This document shows positions 1 to 7,855 of a stretch of DNA of 32,000 nucleotides, piece after piece. The notes below the pieces were generated by a model. It had not been told where the DNA came from. It saw only the letters and a program-made list of their open reading frames with translations, and did no database searches. Location: the NCBI RefSeq assembly GCF_001457595.1, contig NZ_LN831039.1:4950001-4982000 (forward strand). The letters run 5' to 3'. A program made the position numbers and the translations under genes. This DNA is from Mycolicibacterium smegmatis (GTDB lineage: Bacteria > Actinomycetota > Actinomycetes > Mycobacteriales > Mycobacteriaceae). Each line of letters begins with the position of its first letter. Position 1 is the first letter of the stretch.

Positions 1-481
1 GACCGTGGTATTCGACGCCACCGATGCCCATGAGCGCCACCGGGTCGGAGAACAGCGCGTCGTCGGACGCCAGGATCAGATCACACGGCCAGCACAGCAG
101 CAGACCACCCGAGATGCAGCGCCCCTGGACGGCCGCGATCGACGGCTTGGGCACGTTGCGCCAGCGCAGCGTGTAGTCGAGATAGCGCCTGGCCTCGTGC
201 TGGATGATGAATTCCAGTGAGATCTTCTCGGGCACTTCACCACCGCCACGCAGATCGTGCCCGGCGGAGAAGTGCTTTCCGTTGGCCCGCAGAATGATGA
301 CCTTGACCTCGTTGTCCTCGGCGGCCCTGGTCCAGGCCGCGTCGAGTTCGTCGAGCAGTTCGGGGTTCTGCGCGTTGGCGGCCTCGGGGCGGTTGAGCGT
401 GATGGTCGCGATCGAGTCGGCGACGCCGTAGTCGATGTACACGTGGGTCCCTTCGGGGCGCCGGATGCAGGACGGGTGCAT
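1..481 (-). CDS. Enoyl-CoA hydratase/isomerase (crotonase) family protein, N-terminal part only; the gene runs off the window start
   Basis: Absent from the ORF track because it is open at the window edge. The reverse complement from ATG (comp. 479-481) reads MHPSCIRRPEGTHVYIDYGVADSIATITLNRPEAANAQNPELLDELDAAWTRAAEDNEVKVIILRANGKHFSAGHDL...GRCISGGLLLCWPCDLILASDDALFSDPV. This carries the crotonase signatures ITLNRPE..N and the F-S-A-G-x-D-L oxyanion loop. A GAAGAAGG SD-like motif lies about 7 nt upstream. Confidence 0.85.
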   Translation of the reverse strand, partial: MHPSCIRRPEGTHVYIDYGVADSIATITLNRPEAANAQNPELLDELDAAWTRAAEDNEVKVIILRANGKHFSAGHDLRGGGEVPEKISLEFIIQHEARRYLDYTLRWRNVPKPSIAAVQGRCISGGLLLCWPCDLILASDDALFSDPVALMGIGGVEYHG

Positions 482-521
482 GAGAGGGCCTTCTTCTCGA
501 AGACCTTCTAGGATTCCCGTG

Positions 522-540
522 CCGAGAATACTATTCTCGG
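522..540. promoter_or_regulatory. Perfect 19-bp palindrome CCGAGAAT-ACT-ATTCTCGG (core GAGAAT-N3-ATTCTC, 524-538); candidate operator in the divergent crotonase/tetR promoter region
   Basis: Read directly from the sequence. Arms CCGAGAAT (522-529) and ATTCTCGG (533-540) are exact reverse complements. The site lies 40 nt from the crotonase start at 481 and 54 nt from tetR ATG 595. The same core recurs at 22690, 26077 and 31880. Confidence 0.65.
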
Positions 541-551
541 TATACGAAAGT

Positions 552-557
552 TACAAT
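552..557 (+). promoter_or_regulatory. Candidate -10 hexamer TACAAT for the TetR gene
   Basis: TACAAT fits the mycobacterial TANNNT -10 pattern. It sits about 38 nt upstream of ATG 595. The palindrome at 522-540 would then cover the -35 region. Sequence pattern only. Confidence 0.3.
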
Positions 558-594
558 CTCCGACACGTTGGCCGCGAGGGGGTCTGGGACCACT

Positions 595-1323
595 ATGGCA
601 AGGCGTTCTCCGGTACAGTCGATCCATGCTCTCCCGACTCGACAAGCATCTGAGCCGTCCGTGACCAGCGCCGGCGAAGAACCCGCATGGAAGCAGCGGG
701 CGGTCGAGCGGTCGATCAAAACCGCGAAGTTGCGCGCCGCCCAGCGAGTACAGCGCTTCCTGGACGCCGCCCAGGCGATCATCATCGAAAAAGGCAGCAC
801 CGACTTCACGGTGCAGGAGGTCGTCGACCGCTCCCGGCAGTCACTGCGCAGCTTCTACCTGCAGTTCGACGGTAAGCACGAACTGCTGCTCGCACTCTTC
901 GAGGACGCGCTGAGCCGCTCTGCCGACCAGATCCGCGCCGCGACCGCGAGCCATTCGGACCCATTGGAACGTCTCAAAGTGGCCATCCAGCTGCTGTTCG
1001 AGTCGTCCCGGCCGGATCCGGCCGCCAAGCGGCCGCTGTTCACCGACTTCGCACCGCGCCTTCTGGTGTCCCATCCGTCCGAGGTCAAAGTCGCGCACGC
1101 GCCGCTGCTGGCCCTGCTCACCGAGTTGATGGAAGAGGCGGGCGAGGCCGGCCTCCTCCGCGAGGGCATCAACCCGAAGCGCATGGCCGCGATGACGATG
1201 CAGACCGTCATGTTCGTCGCGCAGTCGAGTGGCGGGGCCGACGAGTCCACGCCCAATCCCATCACGGCCGACGAGGTCTGGGACTTCGTCGCGCACGGCT
1301 TCTCAGCCGATCCGCCCGCCTGA
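595..1323 (+). CDS. TetR/AcrR family transcriptional regulator
   Basis: Track ORF 568-1323. The HTH region is FLDAAQAIIIEKGSTDFTVQEVVDRSRQSLRSFYLQFDGKHELLLALFE. ATG 595 is preferred over TTG 568 because of a GAGGGGG SD-like motif at 575-581 and the putative -10 at 552-557. Alternative start 568. Confidence 0.85.
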   Translation: MARRSPVQSIHALPTRQASEPSVTSAGEEPAWKQRAVERSIKTAKLRAAQRVQRFLDAAQAIIIEKGSTDFTVQEVVDRSRQSLRSFYLQFDGKHELLLALFEDALSRSADQIRAATASHSDPLERLKVAIQLLFESSRPDPAAKRPLFTDFAPRLLVSHPSEVKVAHAPLLALLTELMEEAGEAGLLREGINPKRMAAMTMQTVMFVAQSSGGADESTPNPITADEVWDFVAHGFSADPPA

Positions 1324-1336
1324 GAACCACGTTCTC
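1322..1336. promoter_or_regulatory. Perfect palindrome GAGAAC-CAC-GTTCTC overlapping the tetR stop codon; relaxed copy of the GAGAAT-N3-ATTCTC operator
   Basis: Read from the sequence. Arm length and 3-nt spacer match the core motif. There is a symmetrical T->C / A->G change at the inner arm position. Confidence 0.35.
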
Positions 1337-1463
1337 CGCGCGTCAGAAGCCATTACTCCTTGGGCGTGATGCCGGTCACGGGAATGGTTTCTCCGACCGA
1401 TCCCTTTCCGCCGCCCGCACAATTTCGACAACGCATGTTGCCATTCTTTTCTGTTGTGCAGTC

Positions 1464-1480
1464 GCTCAGCATTGCTGAGC
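1464..1480. repeat. Perfect 8-1-8 inverted repeat GCTCAGCA-T-TGCTGAGC in the low-GC leader; the 9-mer TGCTGAGCA recurs at 1608-1616
   Basis: Read from the sequence. It could be a protein-binding site or an RNA hairpin. No function can be assigned. Confidence 0.4.
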
Positions 1481-1525
1481 ATGTGTTGTGAAGCGTCCGT
1501 TTCGCTGCTCTGGACAGCGATGCAT

Positions 1526-1540
1526 GAGAACCTGATTCTT
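1526..1540. promoter_or_regulatory. GAGAAC-CTG-ATTCTT, a 10/12 match to the GAGAAT-N3-ATTCTC operator, about 135 nt upstream of the SDR start at 1674
   Basis: Read from the sequence. Imperfect copy. Confidence 0.3.
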
Positions 1541-1673
1541 GCTGTGAGAGAGCAATGATGCCGAAAACGAGTCTGTCGTTGACACCGTGGGTACGCCGGT
1601 GACAGAGTGCTGAGCAGGTGCACAGTTTCGTCGATCGGCACCGGCATACCGAGCTACAGAACAGAGGTAACCA

Positions 1674-2519
1674 ATGTCTGGACGGGTGGAAGGCAAGGTC
1701 GCATTCGTCACCGGCGCGGCCCGCGGCCAGGGCCGTAGTCACGCACTGCGGTTGGCGCAGGAAGGCGCCGACATCATCGCCATCGACATCTGCGGCCCCA
1801 TTCGCCCCGGCGCCGAAACCGCCATCCCGGCATCGACATCCGATGACCTTGCCGAGACCGCGAACCTGGTGAAGGGACTCGACCGCCGCGTCGTCACCGC
1901 GGAGGTGGACGTGCGCGACGCCGCGGCCATCAAGGCCGCTGTCGACAGCGGTGTCGAGCAGCTCGGCAGGCTCGACATCATCGTCGCCAACGCCGGCATC
2001 GGCAACGGCGGCGACACCCTCGACCAGACCTCCGAGGAGGACTGGGACGAGATGATCGACATCAATCTGTCCGGTGTCTGGAAGTCTGTGAAAGCCGGTG
2101 TCCCCCATATCGTCGCGGGCGGACGCGGCGGGTCGATCGTCCTGACCAGTTCGGTAGGCGGGCTGAAGGCCTATCCGCACTGCGGCAACTACGTGGCCGC
2201 CAAGCACGGCGTGGTGGGCCTCATGCGGGGCTTCGCAGTGGAACTCGGGCAGCACAACATCCGCGTCAACACCGTGCACCCGACGCACGTCGCCACCCCG
2301 ATGCTGCACAACGAGGGCACCTTCAAGATGTTCCGTCCCGACCTGGAGAACCCGGGCCCCGACGACATGGCCCCCATCTGCCAGATGTTCCACACGTTGC
2401 CCATCCCGTGGGTCGAGCCCATCGACATCAGCAACGCCGTGCTGTTCCTGGCCTCCGACGAGGCCCGTTACATCACGGGCGTGACGTTGCCGGTCGACGC
2501 GGGAAGCTGCCTCAAGTAG
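1674..2519 (+). CDS. Mycofactocin-coupled SDR family oxidoreductase (carveol dehydrogenase LimC-like)
   Basis: The N-terminus is GKVAFVTGAARGQGRSHALRLAQEGADIIAIDICGPI. The GAARGQGRSHA motif and the IAIDIC insertion are typical of the mycofactocin-associated SDR subfamily. YVAAK (YxxxK) is present. An AGAGG SD lies 8 nt upstream of the ATG. Confidence 0.85.
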   Translation: MSGRVEGKVAFVTGAARGQGRSHALRLAQEGADIIAIDICGPIRPGAETAIPASTSDDLAETANLVKGLDRRVVTAEVDVRDAAAIKAAVDSGVEQLGRLDIIVANAGIGNGGDTLDQTSEEDWDEMIDINLSGVWKSVKAGVPHIVAGGRGGSIVLTSSVGGLKAYPHCGNYVAAKHGVVGLMRGFAVELGQHNIRVNTVHPTHVATPMLHNEGTFKMFRPDLENPGPDDMAPICQMFHTLPIPWVEPIDISNAVLFLASDEARYITGVTLPVDAGSCLK

Positions 2520-2528
2520 GGCCGGTCC

Positions 2529-3329
2529 CTAGCCCGGCCCGAGCGTGGGGGCACCGGTCTGCGGGTGGTGATACCAGCCGCCCGCAGCCTGGGTGCCGCC
2601 ATCGACATGAAGGGTCTGGCCGGTGATGTAACTCGACATACCCGACGCCAGAAACACTGCCGCCCCGGCCATCTCATCGACATGGCCGGGGCGTTTCATG
2701 GGTATCGCATCCCCGCCGGGCTGTCGCCCACCGGACAGCGCCAGCAGACCGTCGGTGACGGTGAGATCGGGCGCGAGCGCGTTGACGCGGATGCCGTACG
2801 GCGCGAGCTCGAACGCCGCGGTGAGCGTGTAGTTGATCACGCCGGCCTTGGCCGCCGAGTACGCGGCGTAACGCGGCGCCGCGCGAACACCTTCGATCGA
2901 CGTGAGATTGATGATGCTGCCAGGCATCTCGGCCGCCACCATATCGCGGGCCACGCGCTGCGTGCACAGCAGCACATGGCGCAGATTCGCCTTGTACAGG
3001 GCATCCCAACCGTTCTCGGTCGTCTCCAACAGCGGTGACGCGAACACACCGCCTGCGTTGTTCACCAGGATGCTCACGGTCCCGAGTTCCGAGGTGGTCT
3101 GCGCCAGCGCGGCGTCCACCTGATCCGCATCCCGCACGTCGGTCACGATCCCCACACCCCCGACGGCCCGCGCTGCAGCCTCGCAGGTCTCAGGATCGCG
3201 CTCCCAGATCGCGACGCGGGCGCCGAAGGCCGCCAAACCCTCGGCGATGCCACGGCCGATCCCGGCCCCACCGCCGGTCACCACCGCCACACGACCGGTC
3301 AGCAGGATGTCAGATGGATTGATGGCCAT
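2529..3329 (-). CDS. SDR family oxidoreductase; last gene of the 9-gene operon
   Basis: Track ORF 2529-3347. Motifs: GRVAVVTGGGAGIGRGIA, NNAGG, YSAAK. ATG 3329 (MAINPSD...) gives a normal SDR N-terminus. GTG 3347 is an alternative start. Confidence 0.85.
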   Translation of the reverse strand: MAINPSDILLTGRVAVVTGGGAGIGRGIAEGLAAFGARVAIWERDPETCEAAARAVGGVGIVTDVRDADQVDAALAQTTSELGTVSILVNNAGGVFASPLLETTENGWDALYKANLRHVLLCTQRVARDMVAAEMPGSIINLTSIEGVRAAPRYAAYSAAKAGVINYTLTAAFELAPYGIRVNALAPDLTVTDGLLALSGGRQPGGDAIPMKRPGHVDEMAGAAVFLASGMSSYITGQTLHVDGGTQAAGGWYHHPQTGAPTLGPG

Positions 3330-3355
3330 GGCTTTCGAGCATCGCACGCCCTGAC

Positions 3356-5767
3356 TCAGCGCGTCACGCGTTTGGCGGCACCCGGTTCGGTCCCGATGAC
3401 CCCGTGCTCGGCCAGCGCCGTGATCTCGTCGTCACCGAGGCCGAGTTTGGCGAGCAACTCGTGGTTGTGCTCCCCCAGCAGCGGCGCGGGCCTGCGATGG
3501 AACTCCTTGGGTCCGTTGGCCAGTGAGACGGGCAGGGTGCTGTGCGCGGCGGCCGGGTTCACCGGGTGCCCGACGAACTCGAAGAACCGCCGGTGTCGCA
3601 ACTGCTCCAGCTCGAGCTGGCGGTGCGGCTGCATGACCTTGGCCACGGGTACACCGGCGGGCCACAGGGTCTCGACGATCTCGTCACCGCTACGTGGTGC
3701 GCACCAGGTGGCGAGCTCCTTGTCGATGCGGTCGTGGTGGGTTCGGCGACCCGTGTGGGTGGACAGCTCGGGATCCGACGCCCACTCCGGGTCGCCGATC
3801 ACACGACGCAGAGCCTCCCATTGCGCGTCGGTACCCACCGCGATCGCGACCCAGCTGTCGGGCCGGCCGAACTCGTCGATGTCGACCGTGCGGTACAACC
3901 CCTGCGGGGCCGCGGTGGGCCCGCGGTTGCCGTCGCGCTGCAACAACGCACCGTGAGCGGAGAACTCGATCACCTGCTCGGCGGCGATGTGCAGCGCCGC
4001 GTCGACCATGGCGGCCTCGATGAGCGTTCCCTGCCCGGTGCGCCGCCGGTGTTCGAGTGCGAGCAGCAGCGCGGTGAGCGCGTGGATGCCCGCGTTGGGG
4101 TCGCCCACCGAATAGGGCTCGAACGGTGTGCGGTCGCTGAACCCGGTGAGCCAGCTCAGGCCCGAGGCGTCTTCGATGATGTAGGCGAACGCGGGATTGT
4201 CGCGCCACGGCCCGTCGAGCCCGAAGCCCGGCATGCGCAGCATGATGATGTCGTCACGCAGGGCACGCACCGCGTCGTAGTCGAGCCCGATCTGGTCGAT
4301 GACGCGCGGCGTGAAGTTCTCCACCACCACATCCGACGTCGCGATCACGCGGCGCAACAGGTCCCGGCCCGGCTCGGTCTGGAAGTCGAGGGTGATGCCC
4401 AGCTTGTTGGTGTTGAGCGCGCTGAAGATCGGTGAGCGCTCCCACCACTGCTCCTCAGAGGCGGGGATGCCCGCGATCAGGCGGGTTCCGTCCGGGCGCA
4501 CCGTGGATTCGACGTGGATGACCTCGGCCCCGAGCATCCCGAGGATGTGCGTGCAGGACGGCCCGGCCCAGAACGTCGTCATGTCCAGCACGCGCAGACC
4601 CGAGAACGGCAGGCGGTCACGTGCGGGCGGACCGGCCGGGGCCGGGCGCGGCGCGCGTGTCGCGGCACGGACCGCGTCGGTGTGCGCGCCGAGTTTCGGT
4701 GCGGCCGTGGGCGGCCGCAGCGCCACGCCATCGAGCCGGTAGGGATGGTTGGGCGCGGTGAAACCGTCGGGGTGGTGCACGAAGCTGCCACGCTCGACGA
4801 AATGGTCCATGCGCGTGACGTTCTCGCCGTTGCCCACGGGTGAGTTCGGGATGCGGAACGCCGACGCGAGGTCACGCACGTCGTCGACGCGTTGTTCGCG
4901 CAGCCACGCGTAGAGTTCCTCGGCGTGCAGGTTGGCCTGCTCGGTGATGGTCAGTTCGGTGGTCTCGTCGATCCATTCGTCGTGGCCCGACATCGCGCAC
5001 AGGTCCCACCACTGCTGAGCGGTACCGCATCCCAGTGCCACCAGGCCGTCGGCCGCCTGCGCGACCCCGGGAACGGTGGGACGGCGCTCGGTGCGCCACG
5101 GCCTGCCGAGCATCTCGAAGTAGGTCACGGGATAGTACGTGAGGCCCAGGATCTGTGATTCGAGCTTCGACAGGTCGATCAGTTCCCCGTGGCCATCGCG
5201 GTGCCTGCGGGTGAGGAACGACAGCGTCATCGCCGCGGCGTAGGCACCTGTGAGCCATTCACCGACCTGCCCGCCGATCGTGACCGGCGCGCGGTCCTGC
5301 ACACCCCGGCCGATCCCGATGGCACCGCCGGACCAGGCCTGCAACGTGAACTCGGTGGCGGCCCGGTCGCACCACGGCCCGTCGAGACCGAACGGCGTGA
5401 TCGCGGTGACCACCAGATGCGGATACCGCTCGTACAGTTCGCGTGGCGAGACCTTCTGTGCCAACGCCGATTCCGGTGACCACACCACGGCGTCGGCCGA
5501 ACCCGCCAGCCGGTCCAGCAGGTCGAGACCGTCGTCGGGACCGATTACGACGCTGCGCTTGCCACCCGCCAGGAAGCTGAACAGCGCACCGTGGCGGCCG
5601 GGTTCGATCGCCGCGCCCGAGGCCGACCACCGCCGCAGCGGATCACCGTCGGGCGCCTCGACCTTCACGACGTCGGCGCCGCCGTCGGCGATGAGCTTGG
5701 TGGCATATCCCCCGGCGATGCCGCTCGTGAGGTCGAGGACGGTGTAGCCCTCAAGCGGTGCAGTCAT
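3356..5767 (-). CDS. Fused two-domain family III CoA-transferase (CaiB/BaiF family), 803 aa
   Basis: The track ORF 3356-6379 is over-extended. The ATG at 5767 (MTAPLEGYTVLDLTSGIAGGYATKLIADGGADVVKVE) lies 5 nt after the upstream stop. A second copy of the family signature, LSGLRVLDMTTFWAGPSCTHILGMLGAEVIHVE, begins about residue 415 after a Pro/Ala-rich linker (RAPRPAPAGPPARDR). Confidence 0.85.
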   Translation of the reverse strand: MTAPLEGYTVLDLTSGIAGGYATKLIADGGADVVKVEAPDGDPLRRWSASGAAIEPGRHGALFSFLAGGKRSVVIGPDDGLDLLDRLAGSADAVVWSPESALAQKVSPRELYERYPHLVVTAITPFGLDGPWCDRAATEFTLQAWSGGAIGIGRGVQDRAPVTIGGQVGEWLTGAYAAAMTLSFLTRRHRDGHGELIDLSKLESQILGLTYYPVTYFEMLGRPWRTERRPTVPGVAQAADGLVALGCGTAQQWWDLCAMSGHDEWIDETTELTITEQANLHAEELYAWLREQRVDDVRDLASAFRIPNSPVGNGENVTRMDHFVERGSFVHHPDGFTAPNHPYRLDGVALRPPTAAPKLGAHTDAVRAATRAPRPAPAGPPARDRLPFSGLRVLDMTTFWAGPSCTHILGMLGAEVIHVESTVRPDGTRLIAGIPASEEQWWERSPIFSALNTNKLGITLDFQTEPGRDLLRRVIATSDVVVENFTPRVIDQIGLDYDAVRALRDDIIMLRMPGFGLDGPWRDNPAFAYIIEDASGLSWLTGFSDRTPFEPYSVGDPNAGIHALTALLLALEHRRRTGQGTLIEAAMVDAALHIAAEQVIEFSAHGALLQRDGNRGPTAAPQGLYRTVDIDEFGRPDSWVAIAVGTDAQWEALRRVIGDPEWASDPELSTHTGRRTHHDRIDKELATWCAPRSGDEIVETLWPAGVPVAKVMQPHRQLELEQLRHRRFFEFVGHPVNPAAAHSTLPVSLANGPKEFHRRPAPLLGEHNHELLAKLGLGDDEITALAEHGVIGTEPGAAKRVTR

Positions 5768-5772
5768 GGGTG

Positions 5773-6729
5773 TCAGGGTTTCGCCCGGTTCTTCTTGGAG
5801 AGGCGGAACTCGGGTGGGAACCTGCTGTCGTTGTCGTTCACCGCGGCAGACAGTCCCGAGTCGATCGACTCGAACATGTCGAGGTCGTCGTCGCTGTCGT
5901 TGGCGACGCCGTTGCCCATGGACTCGAAGAACGCGCTCAGCAGGCTGCCCATGTACTCGCCCTGCTGTTGTTTGAAGATCTCGAAGAACATCTTCTGCTG
6001 GAACACGGTGTCCACGGGGCGGTTCCGCGCACACGCCGTGGCGTACTTGTCCACCTCGGCCTCGAGCCGGTCGCGCGGCACGACCTTGTTGAGGAAGTTG
6101 CAGTCGTACATCTCGGCGGCCGTGAACGGGCGGCCGGTGAAGACCATCTCCTGGAACTTGCGCAGCCCCATCATCTGCACCCACGTCCACATGCGCGGAC
6201 CCCAGCCGTGGTAGCGGAACGACGGATGCCCGAACAGCGCGTCGTCGCTGGAGATCACGAGATCGGCGTCGGCGCATTGGTAGAAGTGCCAGCCGTAGCA
6301 GTAGCCCTTGGCCTCGACGATGCTGATCTTCTTGAAGTCCTGCAGCGCGCGGTTGCCGGCCTGCGAGTTGGCGTACCACGCCGAGATCGTGGCGCCGTTG
6401 CGGAACGTGCCCCGGGGCGGATACGTGACCTCGCCTACGCCGTCGTCCTCCAGGCGCAGTTCGGCCAGGCGCACCGCGGGATTGTCATTGCCTTCCATGA
6501 ACTCCGGCAGATCGGCGCCGCTGCCCAGGTTGTCCCCCACCCCGCGGATGACGACGACCTTGACGTCGTTGTCGGCGTTGGCCGCGCGCAGCACGTCGGC
6601 GTACCGCAACCGGGCCATCGACGTGGGCGCGTTGAGGAACTCGGGCCGGTTGAACGTGATGGTCGCGATCTTGGTCTCGGGATCCTTGTCGTAGAGGATG
6701 ATCTCCTCCGGCGTCGGCCGCTCAGCCAT
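5773..6729 (-). CDS. Atypical crotonase-fold protein (enoyl-CoA hydratase/isomerase family), 318 aa
   Basis: Crotonase signatures IATITFNRPEFLNA and VVVIRGVGDNLGSGADL are present. The second motif reads GYCYGWHFYQCADADLVISSDDALFGHPSF instead of G-x-A-x-GGG-x-E-L...P-E. The start ATG overlaps the upstream stop by 8 nt (ATGGCTGA). Confidence 0.8.
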   Translation of the reverse strand: MAERPTPEEIILYDKDPETKIATITFNRPEFLNAPTSMARLRYADVLRAANADNDVKVVVIRGVGDNLGSGADLPEFMEGNDNPAVRLAELRLEDDGVGEVTYPPRGTFRNGATISAWYANSQAGNRALQDFKKISIVEAKGYCYGWHFYQCADADLVISSDDALFGHPSFRYHGWGPRMWTWVQMMGLRKFQEMVFTGRPFTAAEMYDCNFLNKVVPRDRLEAEVDKYATACARNRPVDTVFQQKMFFEIFKQQQGEYMGSLLSAFFESMGNGVANDSDDDLDMFESIDSGLSAAVNDNDSRFPPEFRLSKKNRAKP

Positions 6730-7855
6730 GGACAGCCTCTCCGTATACCGGGACGGTGGTCAGCACGTCGGGACCGTCGGCGCCGATGACGACGGCGTCG
6801 CGCGTGAACACCGCACCGATGCCGGCCTCCCACACGTAACTGGTGACGGCGAGCACCATGCCCTCCTCGAAACGTTCGCCGTCGGCCGTGGCCCGCAGGG
6901 CCGGTGACACCACGGGCGGGTCGAAACCCAACCCGAGGCCGTGCGCGACGGGCATCGCGGGCAGCGGTTCACCCGCCTGCTCGTAGGCGTCGAGCAGCGC
7001 GCTGGTGGGCCTGCCGGGGCGGCACGCGCCGGCGAGCCTGTCCCACAGGTCATCCCGTCGCCGGTACAGCGCCCGGACGGCGTCGTTCGGCTCACCCGCG
7101 TACAGCGTGCGCGCGACCTCGGCGACGTAGCCGTCGGCCAGCACACCGGCCGAGAGCGCCACCAGGTCCCCGTCACGCACCCGGCCGTCGCCCCCGGCGC
7201 GGCGCCACGGATGCTCCTTGGAGGTGACCCACGCCGCGTCCTGCGTCGCCGGTGTGCTGACGCCGCCTGCGGCCTCGGCTTCGAGGATCGCGCCGGAGAG
7301 CGCCTGCTCGCTGGTACCCGCGTGGACACCTGCGACACCGGCAGCCAGTCCCTTCTCGGCGATCGACAGCGCCCACCGCAGCGCCTCGATCTCCTCGGGC
7401 GTCTTGATGCGGCGGGCATCGCGCATGGCCTGCTCGCCGTCGACGAGTTCGGCCTGCGGGAACGCCATGGGCAGCAGCTTGGCGAATGTCGGTGTCAGGG
7501 CGTCGGTTCCGACGCGGCGCGCGGTCGCGGTGCCCTTGATGTTCTGCAGCACCCCGATGAGCGTCATGGGGTTCCAGGCCAGGCCGTAGAGGTTCTCGTG
7601 CGGGATCTCCTCGGGGATGCCCTCGTCCCATGTGCTGTTGAGGTGGATCTCACCCGTCTCGCGTACGTAGGTGCAGATGGGCCCGAACGGACGGGTTCCG
7701 ACAACCCACAGTTGCGGTGCGCCCGAGATGTAGCGGACGTTGGCCTGCCTGCCGAGCACCAGCACATCGAGGTCGTAGGCCTCCATCTGTGCCAGCGCGC
7801 GTTCGCGCCGGCTCACGCGCAGCGCCCGGTTGTCGGCCTCGATGTCAATTCCCAC
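6722..7855 (-). CDS. M24 (creatinase/prolidase fold) family protein with a degenerate metal-binding site
   Basis: The creatinase_N-like N-terminus is RRERALAQMEAYDLDVLVLG. The pita-bread domain reads GDLVALSAGVLADGYVAEVARTL, AHGLGLGF and GMVLAVTSYVWE. By-eye alignment puts S and E at the two Asp ligand positions, and T at one Glu ligand position. The GTG start at 7855 overlaps the upstream stop by 11 nt. Confidence 0.75.
   Translation of the reverse strand: MGIDIEADNRALRVSRRERALAQMEAYDLDVLVLGRQANVRYISGAPQLWVVGTRPFGPICTYVRETGEIHLNSTWDEGIPEEIPHENLYGLAWNPMTLIGVLQNIKGTATARRVGTDALTPTFAKLLPMAFPQAELVDGEQAMRDARRIKTPEEIEALRWALSIAEKGLAAGVAGVHAGTSEQALSGAILEAEAAGGVSTPATQDAAWVTSKEHPWRRAGGDGRVRDGDLVALSAGVLADGYVAEVARTLYAGEPNDAVRALYRRRDDLWDRLAGACRPGRPTSALLDAYEQAGEPLPAMPVAHGLGLGFDPPVVSPALRATADGERFEEGMVLAVTSYVWEAGIGAVFTRDAVVIGADGPDVLTTVPVYGEAVHG

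Noticed and set aside
1322-1336. Possibility that GAGAAC-CAC-GTTCTC is a KstR box (steroid regulon operator)
   Set aside because: As I recall the KstR consensus (TnnAACnnGTTnnA), it has a 2-nt spacer between AAC and GTT. Here the spacer is 3 nt, as in the other GAGAAT-N3-ATTCTC sites. It is not the KstR2 AnCAAGnnCTTGnT pattern either. This needs a proper motif comparison.
1380-1394. GGGAATGGTTTCTCC as a further operator copy
   Set aside because: It matches only with a different spacer length (2 nt) and two arm mismatches, so it is indistinguishable from chance.
1369-1491. 40-codon plus-strand ORF (MPVTGMVSPTDPFPPPAQFRQRMLPFFSVVQSLSIAEHVL) in the 350-bp leader
   Set aside because: It has no SD. 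Codon usage is not GC3-biased (TTT, CAA, TCT, GTT, ATT), unlike every supported gene here. It has no recognisable motif. I kept the region as non-coding.
1353-2393. 346-aa minus-strand ORF and the other ORFs crossing the leader (1303-1647, 1466-1711, 1618-1872)
   Set aside because: They are antisense to or overlapping the well-supported SDR at 1674-2519, or confined to low-GC DNA with atypical codon usage. No family signatures.
5768-6379. N-terminal 204-codon extension of the 1007-aa ORF 3356-6379
   Set aside because: The extension overlaps the crotonase gene (5773-6729) in another frame and is Arg/Gln-rich nonsense. The CoA-transferase signature begins exactly at ATG 5767, 5 nt after the crotonase stop.
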